Made by a program: the position numbers and the translations under genes. Below the pieces are notes generated by a model that ran no database searches, was not told the origin of the DNA, and saw only the letters and a list, made by a program, of their open reading frames with translations. A stretch of DNA of 64,000 bases, taken from a virus. Location: IMG/VR virus record IMGVR_UViG_3300046171_000155; one strand, written 5' to 3'. Within the stretch, counting starts at the first letter, position 1, and each line of letters opens with the position of its first letter. Below, one piece after another: positions 58,101 through 64,000 of this stretch.

Positions 58101-59677
58101 GTGTAATCTGCAGAGTATGCAGAGACGCGTGTACGAGTTGAGGTACGAGCATACGCAGAAACACGGTTACGCGAGTAAGTTCCCGCATAAGCAGAAACAC
58201 GGTTACGTGAGTAAGTGCCTGAGTAAGTACCTGTGTATGATGAAACGCGTGTGCGAGTATAGTTTGCAGAGTATGAAGAACTGCGTGTACGCGAGTAAGT
58301 ACCTGCGTATGAAGAGACACGACCACGAGTGTACGAAGATGCACGACTACGTGAGAATGTTCCGGTGAAGTTAGTCACACGGTTACGAGTGTATGTTGAT
58401 ACACGTGCACGGTTATAAGTTCCTGCGAAGTAACCAGTAAATGCGGTCAATCGGTTACGAGTATATGATGAAACTCTTGTGCGAGCATATGTGCCCGAGT
58501 ACGCAGAAGTACGAGTTCGCGAATAAGTTCCTGAGTAAGCAGAAACGCGAGTACGACCGTAGTTGTCTGAGTAAGACGAATTACGAGTACGCGAGTAAGT
58601 ACCAGTGTATGAAGATACGCGAGTACGACCATAGTCAGCAGCATATGCTGAACTGCGGTTACGTGAGTAAGTACCGTCATAAGTTGAAGTACGCGTACGA
58701 GCATAATTACCTTCAAATCCACGAGTATAGTTACCAGTGAAGTCACGCGTATATGCACCAGTGTAATCCCCCACGAAAGTTCGTGAGAAAGTGTTGACAC
58801 TGTTGCGAGTATATGATGAAATGCGGTCACGACTATATGCAGAAATACGAGTACGAGCATACGAAGAAACACGGTTACGAGTGTAATCGGTATCTATGAT
58901 TGTGCGTCGTGAGTTCTCTGCACTACCACGAGCATGCCATGTTCCTGGCAAGATAGGTGCACCCTGAGCAGAAGATCTTAACTGATAAGATCCAATTGCG
59001 CCTGGGACCGATCGTAATGTCTTAGCTCGTTGACCTAGAGTAAAAGACATTTGACCGTTGGTCATCTCTTTGAAACCATCAAAGGATGAACCATCATAAC
59101 AGATGGCGACCGGACGTTCTTCATCAGGTGCTATGTATGAACCGTCTTTTTGATAAATGTGGTAAGCTGTTGTTGTGCCGTCACCAAGTGTATCGGTGAA
59201 GACATTAGAAATAGCAACCTTATAATCAGGACTTGGTGGAATAGAAGATAGTCTATAAATTCCATTCCATTGGTTTGTTTCCATTGTGCTTAATGCACGA
59301 GTTACAAGGAGGTCTAGATCACCATCCGTCATTTCATAGAAACCCGGATTGTCACCTAGCTCGTAATAACCAACAGGACGTACAAAATTTTCTCCAGACT
59401 CATCAGCAGTACCGCCTACTTGCTTTAGCGTAGTAGTTACGGTGGTACTAGTGATGTTAGATGCAGGGTGTGTTCCTGCCACTTCATTGTAGTATGTATC
59501 TACAAATGAACCAATATTAACACCATCAGTAAGACTGAGGTTGCCTGTGTCACTAGCAGCGGCCGCTGTTAGTGCTTCAGATACGGCATACGCAAGATAT
59601 TCTTCTTGCGAAGGCGTAAATTCCTGTAAGTCACCATTAGCATTTTGAATTTTTAGTGGAATACTAGATGTTGACAC
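55136..59677 (-). CDS. Giant Tyr/Arg/Gly repeat protein 1, predicted self-complementary beta-hairpin fibre
   Basis: ~264-aa N-domain, arm 1 (58885-57164), ~82-aa tip, arm 2 (56917-55202), short C-terminal strand; late promoter upstream. Confidence 0.85.
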   Translation of the reverse strand: MSTSSIPLKIQNANGDLQEFTPSQEEYLAYAVSEALTAAAASDTGNLSLTDGVNIGSFVDTYYNEVAGTHPASNITSTTVTTTLKQVGGTADESGENFVRPVGYYELGDNPGFYEMTDGDLDLLVTRALSTMETNQWNGIYRLSSIPPSPDYKVAISNVFTDTLGDGTTTAYHIYQKDGSYIAPDEERPVAICYDGSSFDGFKEMTNGQMSFTLGQRAKTLRSVPGAIGSYQLRSSAQGAPILPGTWHARGSAENSRRTIIDTDYTRNRVSSYARTRISAYSRDRISSYTRNSVNTFSRTFVGDYTGAYTRDFTGNYTRGFEGNYARTRTSTYDGTYSRNRSSAYAADYGRTRVSSYTGTYSRTRNSSYSDNYGRTRVSAYSGTYSRTRTSAYSGTYARTRVSSYTRNRLTAFTGYFAGTYNRARVSTYTRNRVTNFTGTFSRSRASSYTRGRVSSYAGTYSRTRSSSYSANYTRTRVSSYTGTYSGTYSRNRVSAYAGTYSRNRVSAYARTSTRTRVSAYSADYTRTRVTNYTRDRVTNFAGVYSRARVSTYTRNRVTNFAGNFVGNYSRSFQGNYARNFVGNYSRGFAGNYVGNYARVSTRTSTRTRYSAYARTRVTNYVGNFTRLRVTNYAGNFVGNYATTFTGDFVGNYARNYAGNYTGDFTGNYARTSTRTSTRTLNYTRTLYYTGNFVGNYARNYSAAYATTPSYTRTLYYAGDFVGNYTRNRAASYVGNYSRDRVTNFEGNFAGNYSRNRAFSYAGNYSRTRATGYTGNFAGNYSRNFTGNYSRAYGGDYSRTASYSRNFAGNYSRAYGGDYSRVGTFTRTSTRTSTRTSTVSVAAQGPTYVAYSTYWEIDYESYMAFAYWNGFSRAIGTAGASTLSNSNGMSWSRGTYQSALGQQVFYSITQNAFSYNNNFSYAGNYTGNYTRNQYYSGAYSRNFTRNRASAYTRTQYFSGAYSRNFTRNRASAYTRTRATGYTGNFVGNYGRTRAGNYTGNYGRTRVTNYAGNFVGNYSRTRAASYTGNYARTSTRTSTNTGYYTRTLYYTGNYARAFTRDRTAVYTNTGNYTRTGSYAGDFVGEYTRNRTQVFSPQPMLIAYARTRVTNYVGDFTRDRVTNFEGNFSGNYARDFVGDFVGNYARGFAGDFAGNFTGEYTRTSTRTRYSAYARTRVSAYVRNRSSAYTRDRVTNFAGDFTGNYSRTFTGNYSRNFAGNFVGDFVGDFAGNYVGNYARNFGGNYVGNYSRGFSGQYTGAYSRGFVGEYTGAYSGTYNRNFAGDYTGNYARGFVGEYAGTYNTTFTGNYARTFSGQYTRQFAGDFVGNYARTFAGEYTGAYARDFVGDFVGNYNRGFVGEYTGAYSRGFAGEYTGAYTRGFAGDYVGNYARGFVGEYTGAYSRDFAGNYVGNYNRGFVGEYTGTYSRDFVGNYSRVRVSAYARIRTSAYSGAYSRNRVSTYVGDFTGNYTRGFEGNYNRDFVGNYARSFLGNYVGATISDSLTNVVETYTLYARVA

Positions 59678-59736
59678 GATATCGCTCTCTTTAAGTTAAA
59701 GTTAGTTTTGCCATCACTGCAGTAATGACATAGGTA

Positions 59737-59744
59737 TATTTATA
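59737..59744 (-). promoter_or_regulatory. Late promoter TATAAATA
   Basis: Exact match upstream of repeat protein 1. Confidence 0.8.
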
Positions 59745-59746
59745 AT

Positions 59747-59770
59747 AAAAAATCCCCTAAGAGTTAGGGG
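59747..59770 (-). terminator. Intrinsic terminator
   Basis: CCCCTAA-CTC-TTAGGGG then ATTTTTT. Confidence 0.65.
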
Positions 59771-60242
59771 TTGTAGGCCAATTTACTTCCGCGACGGAAA
59801 GTATCGCTCCTAAATTATCTGTAACATCTCTTAACGATTGACGGTAATTTTTCCATCCTATTCGTTGTTCTTCAGTCAAAGGACTGTCCGCCACTTGAGT
59901 CCAATCTGTTAATGACAATTTTCTATTTCTTTCTACCCTGATATCGTTCAGTAAATCTTCTCGGTTAAACTCCCATCCACCCAGTTCATTGCTCCAAGTG
60001 GCATGCCTATTAGGCGGACTACCAATAAAAATAAATTCTCCATCCGATGGAACATACCAATAATAACTCATAAAGTGACGAAGATCTTCGCACCCTGCAG
60101 GGACTCTATCTTCTGTTATGTGAAGTATTAACTCTTTTCCATCTTCAGAGACACCGGCTGGATCTATTTTAAAAGTAGGGTATGAAATCCTATTTATTTT
60201 ACCAGACACTTTATCTACGTAGACGATGTATTTCAATTCCAT
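59757..60242 (-). CDS. Tail fibre assembly chaperone-like protein
   Basis: C-terminal IRVERNRKLSLTDWTQVADSPL...WKNYRQSLRDVT...VNWP motif. Confidence 0.85.
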   Translation of the reverse strand: MELKYIVYVDKVSGKINRISYPTFKIDPAGVSEDGKELILHITEDRVPAGCEDLRHFMSYYWYVPSDGEFIFIGSPPNRHATWSNELGGWEFNREDLLNDIRVERNRKLSLTDWTQVADSPLTEEQRIGWKNYRQSLRDVTDNLGAILSVAEVNWPTTPNS

Positions 60243-60270
60243 GATGAATTTACCTTTGATATCTGCCTTT

Positions 60271-60278
60271 TATTTATA
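60271..60278 (-). promoter_or_regulatory. Late promoter TATAAATA
   Basis: Exact match upstream of the chaperone gene. Confidence 0.75.
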
Positions 60279-60288
60279 TACTTTAAAT

Positions 60289-63200
60289 TCACTCAAGTCC
60301 AACATTTTCAGAAGTAAATGTTGTAGTAAATGTTGGGGTGTATGTTGGGGTGAATGTTGGAGTATATGTTGGGGTATATGTTGGTGTTGTAGAATCTGTT
60401 GATGTGCTTGACACCTTAGTGACTGTGTACTCTCCTGAGTTCAACCATTGACTTCCATTGTAGAAACCAATAGTGTATTGTTTTGTTTGTCCTTCTGCAG
60501 GTACATCTGAAACAGTAACGGTTTGAGCACCATTAGCGTTCTGTATAGAGAATGATTGAAGGAGAGTTAAGTTGTTATTATAAATTCGACCTTGAACTGA
60601 CTGACCCCCTTGCGTATTAAAATCAAACTCTACCGTATGTGTCGTCGCGCTATGGTGTACAACATTTTGAGTCGTTGATAAAATAGTGCCGATGTCATTA
60701 TCATACAAAGTAAATGACTTTGAGTCAAGTACTCGCACATTAGATGATCCTCTAGGTTCAGACATTAAAGATGCGGTATTGCCTGTTCTCAATTCAGCAA
60801 CGAATGTTTCTCCTTGCCAACCAATTTCAGAATCTTCTTGACTTCCTGTTCCAGTGCGTGTATAATTGCCTATGTAGTTTCCTGTATAGCCTCCTACAAA
60901 TGTTCTCTCGTAAGCACCACCAAATGTATTTGCATAGGAGCTAGATCTAGCGCGAGTACTGGTTCTATTATAAGTGCCTTCGTAAGCGCCAGTATATTCA
61001 CCAACAAACCCTCTACTATAATTTTCTTCAAAAGGTCTTGTATAATCACGAGAATAATTTCCAGTATATTCACCGGCGTAGTTTCCAGAATAATTACCAG
61101 TGTAGTTAGAACCTATTGATCTAGCGAACTCAACAGTATAGTTTCCGATGAATGGTGTTAAAAAATCACCTGTATAGTTACCAGCGAAGTTGCCTACATA
61201 CTCTCCAACATACCCACGTGCATAGTTTCCAGTGTAATTGCCTACAAGGAAGTCTCTAGTAAAATATCCAGCCCCTTGTGTAACTCTTGTGCGAGTAAAT
61301 TCTCTGCTATAATTTCCGCCGAAGTTGCGTGAATAGTTCCCTACGAAGTTTGCAGTATAGTTTCCAAAATAGTTTCTGCTATAATTACCAACAAAGGTGC
61401 CAGCAAAATCACCGACATAATCTCCAACATACCCACGCGCATATTCACCTACAAACCCAGTACTATAGGACCTAGTATATGCCGAATCACGACTTCTAGA
61501 GTAATCTGTTATTCTTGTTCTGTTATAATTGCCCGCAAAGTTGCCCACAGAAGTGCGTGAATAGTTCCCCTCAAAAGTAGAAGTTCTTATGAGAATGAAG
61601 TTTCTACTATAGTATAACGTTCTAGTGAAGTTGCGTGAATAGTTGATAGCATAATCTATGGATCTTGTATAATTACCTGTAAAGTTTCCAGCAAACCCTC
61701 TTGAATAATTACCTACATAATAAAGGGTTCTACTATAACTAGAGGACCTTACTCTAGCATACCCATCATGCGGAACCTCATATTCTATAGGATCACCATT
61801 TATATCAGTCTCAGGTAATGTAGATATTCTGGTAGATGCATAGTATCCAGTTCCAGTTCTTGTGCGAGTGTATCCACGAATAAAGTCCCTCGCATAGTTA
61901 AAGTCTCGCGAGTAAGTGCCTGTAAACGGAGCAGTAAATTCACTGGAATATGTCGCGCCGTTGGTAAATGATTGAGTACGATCCCTAGTAAAATTACGCG
62001 TATATTCAGTAGTTGTTCCAGTAGGGGCCGCGGTAGAACTTGTGGTTCCTTGACCAACTTCATAATACTTGGTGCCACCTATTGTAGCGATTAAATCACC
62101 TCTCCAGTAATAAATGTTATCGTTACCTTTTAACTTAGTTGGGCCGTTGCCATAATCCCGCGTGTCATTAAGTACTTTCGTTGTTCCGTTCCATTTAATA
62201 TTGGTGACATGTACTGTGATCGAAAACCCTTCGGAATTACTAGTATTAGTATCAACTGAGAAGAAAGTGTTGTTTGCAGTGTAAAAATATCCATCGCCAA
62301 TGGTACGTGTATATCCACGAGAATAGTTACCAGTAAAAGTACTAATTCTTCCTGCTGCAGCGAAGTCGCCAACATAGTTGCCTGTGTAAGTGCCTTCGTA
62401 ACCAACAGTTCTCGTAAAGTTGCGTGTGAATCCACGAGAATAGTTTCCTATATAATATAAGGTTCTTGTAGAGTCGGCTGGGAAATAAACTCCAGTAAAT
62501 TCTCCGACATAAGAACCGACTGTTGTTCTGGTGCGACTATAGGCAGAATATCGCGTACGGGTAGATGTGCGAGTAAATTCTACTGCTGGGTTTACATAAT
62601 TCCCAAGATAATTTCTAGCGTATGACCCCACCCTAGTATAGTCACCAGCATAGTTACCAGTGTAACTTGCGCTAGTCGTTCTCGCATAATCACCTACAAA
62701 ATTCGTAACTCTGGTTCGCCCGTAGTTGCCAACAAAGTTCCCAGTAAAAGTTGCAGTATATGTACTAGAGTAATACTCGTTACGAGTCACGCCTCTAGTG
62801 CGACTATATGTAGAGTAACGTGTGCGACTATATGTTACCGTACTTGGCATTCTAAAATAATACGCAACATCACCAGTGGGAAAGTCTCTAGAGTACTCTT
62901 GTGGTCCAGTTAATATAGCATTTCTTGTAAACTCTCTAGCGTAATATGCTGTATAGGATACAGTACGATCTCTGGTATACGCAGAAACTCTCGACCTTGT
63001 ATAGTTTCTACTGTAGTAGCCAATATATGATGCACCATAACTACGAGCATACGATGAAGTTCGGGTAGCTTGTCTGCTTCGGTTGTAGGTAGAGTAACGT
63101 GTACGACTATATGTCACCGTACTTGGCATTCTAAAATAATACGCAACATCACCATTGGGAAGGTTTCTAGAGTACTCTTGTATTTCAGTTAATGTAGAAT

Positions 63201-63999
63201 TTCTTGTGAAGTTTCCTGTGTAGGTCCCCAAGAACTCTCTAGAGTAATTCGTAGTATCTGTTCTGCTGTATCCCGCTACAAATGCAGAGGTTCTGGTTCT
63301 TGAATATGTCGCAGAAAAAGATCGCGCGTACCCTTCAACTCTTGTTCTATCATAAGTACTTGTTCTTGTTCGAGCGTATGCTCCAGAATACTCTCCGGTA
63401 TATTCTCCAACATAATTACGAGCAAAATCTCTTGAGAACGACCCTGCTACACTTCGAGAGTATGAAGATATTCTATTTCTTGAATATGTGCCTATGTAAT
63501 CAGCAACATTGGTATATGAGACTGATCTCGATGAGGTGGGAGAAGTTGTTGTGAAGGTTGCGCTTTTAGTATCACCAAAGAAAGCTACTCTGTCCGACCC
63601 TAAGTCGTTCCCAGAACCAGAAGTTTGAAACACTCGAACATGATATGCACCTTCTTCAGAAGTATTCGCATTGAATGTAATAGAACTTCCTTCTGTAATT
63701 GCAGATCCTGATTGATATGTCAGAGATCCAGTAGCGTTTTGATCTCCGGAACCGTCACCATCTGAGTCAACATCACCGCCACCACCAGGAGGTTCATAGG
63801 TACCAGACCCACCAGTTCTCAAGGTTGCGCCTAGAAGACTGCCTGTAGGATAAACTTTGAGTCTCTGGTCGCCATTTTGTAAATCCACAATAGCATCATA
63901 AGCTGAAGCTAATGTGCTACCAACCCTTAGACCAAAAAAGTCCGATCCGTGTGAGTTTTGAGCAGACCATTCAATATTTACATATTCGTTCGTATCTTT
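60289..63999 (-). CDS. Giant Tyr/Arg/Gly repeat protein 2, 5'-truncated by the window edge
   Basis: Frame stays open for 37 codons beyond the called GTG at 63888; same repeat units; Calx-beta-like halves flank the repeats; C-terminal TPT(Y/F) repeats. Confidence 0.85.
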   Translation of the reverse strand, partial: KDTNEYVNIEWSAQNSHGSDFFGLRVGSTLASAYDAIVDLQNGDQRLKVYPTGSLLGATLRTGGSGTYEPPGGGGDVDSDGDGSGDQNATGSLTYQSGSAITEGSSITFNANTSEEGAYHVRVFQTSGSGNDLGSDRVAFFGDTKSATFTTTSPTSSRSVSYTNVADYIGTYSRNRISSYSRSVAGSFSRDFARNYVGEYTGEYSGAYARTRTSTYDRTRVEGYARSFSATYSRTRTSAFVAGYSRTDTTNYSREFLGTYTGNFTRNSTLTEIQEYSRNLPNGDVAYYFRMPSTVTYSRTRYSTYNRSRQATRTSSYARSYGASYIGYYSRNYTRSRVSAYTRDRTVSYTAYYAREFTRNAILTGPQEYSRDFPTGDVAYYFRMPSTVTYSRTRYSTYSRTRGVTRNEYYSSTYTATFTGNFVGNYGRTRVTNFVGDYARTTSASYTGNYAGDYTRVGSYARNYLGNYVNPAVEFTRTSTRTRYSAYSRTRTTVGSYVGEFTGVYFPADSTRTLYYIGNYSRGFTRNFTRTVGYEGTYTGNYVGDFAAAGRISTFTGNYSRGYTRTIGDGYFYTANNTFFSVDTNTSNSEGFSITVHVTNIKWNGTTKVLNDTRDYGNGPTKLKGNDNIYYWRGDLIATIGGTKYYEVGQGTTSSTAAPTGTTTEYTRNFTRDRTQSFTNGATYSSEFTAPFTGTYSRDFNYARDFIRGYTRTRTGTGYYASTRISTLPETDINGDPIEYEVPHDGYARVRSSSYSRTLYYVGNYSRGFAGNFTGNYTRSIDYAINYSRNFTRTLYYSRNFILIRTSTFEGNYSRTSVGNFAGNYNRTRITDYSRSRDSAYTRSYSTGFVGEYARGYVGDYVGDFAGTFVGNYSRNYFGNYTANFVGNYSRNFGGNYSREFTRTRVTQGAGYFTRDFLVGNYTGNYARGYVGEYVGNFAGNYTGDFLTPFIGNYTVEFARSIGSNYTGNYSGNYAGEYTGNYSRDYTRPFEENYSRGFVGEYTGAYEGTYNRTSTRARSSSYANTFGGAYERTFVGGYTGNYIGNYTRTGTGSQEDSEIGWQGETFVAELRTGNTASLMSEPRGSSNVRVLDSKSFTLYDNDIGTILSTTQNVVHHSATTHTVEFDFNTQGGQSVQGRIYNNNLTLLQSFSIQNANGAQTVTVSDVPAEGQTKQYTIGFYNGSQWLNSGEYTVTKVSSTSTDSTTPTYTPTYTPTFTPTYTPTFTTTFTSENVGLE

Positions 64000-64000
64000 G

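Noticed and set aside
55202-58885. DNA-level inverted repeat as the cause of the protein symmetry
   Set aside because: Spot-checked partner units are not reverse complements (TACACTCGTAACCGTGTTTCTTCG versus TACGCACGATCGTTCCTAGGTAAC); the complementarity is between amino acids
55136-59677. Polyprotein RiPP precursor processed by the adjacent oxygenase and glycosyltransferase
   Set aside because: No repeated leader or cleavage motif and no nearby protease or transporter; the mirrored register, late promoter and tail chaperone favour a structural fibre
56918-62300. Diversity-generating retroelement acting on the tip domains
   Set aside because: No reverse transcriptase in the window and no near-identical template/variable repeat pair differing at adenines; cannot be excluded outside the window
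55136-63999. CRISPR array or non-coding satellite
   Set aside because: The repeats are 12-nt-periodic, vary at synonymous positions and keep one long open frame; there is no constant repeat with unique spacers and no cas gene

Overview
This is a 64 kb segment of a large T4-like (Tevenvirinae-like) myovirus, probably infecting a marine heterotrophic proteobacterium; the host is inferred from the aceA, AOX and IscU genes and the absence of photosynthesis genes in this window. Essentially all genes are on the minus strand. Reading left to right: auxiliary metabolic genes (isocitrate lyase, IscU, alternative oxidase, Hsp20, UDP-sugar enzymes) and two tRNAs are interleaved with the replication module (gp41, UvsX, Dam, gp43, RegA, gp62/44/45, gp46/47, gp55, UvsW/Y). 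These are followed by the head/tail module (gp3, 23, 22, 21, 20, 19, 18, 17, 16, 15, 14, 13), two long fibre genes, and a cluster around two giant Tyr/Arg/Gly-rich repeat proteins. The main finding is that these repeat proteins are self-complementary at the amino-acid level. In the 1513-aa protein, 139 repeat units of the N-arm match the C-arm read backwards under a consistent pairing code, including six mirrored 2-residue kinks, around an ~82-aa tip domain. This implies a single-chain antiparallel beta-hairpin fibre roughly 190 nm long if fully extended (inference). Also seen: a ROSE-like RNA thermometer on hsp20, leaderless sigma70 transcripts, an antisense promoter back-to-back with the gp55 promoter, three oxygenase paralogues with an H-x-N metal motif, and two AMGs directly behind tRNA genes. 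Several frameshifts in essential genes look like sequencing errors. All calls come from reading motifs and gene order; no database search was run.
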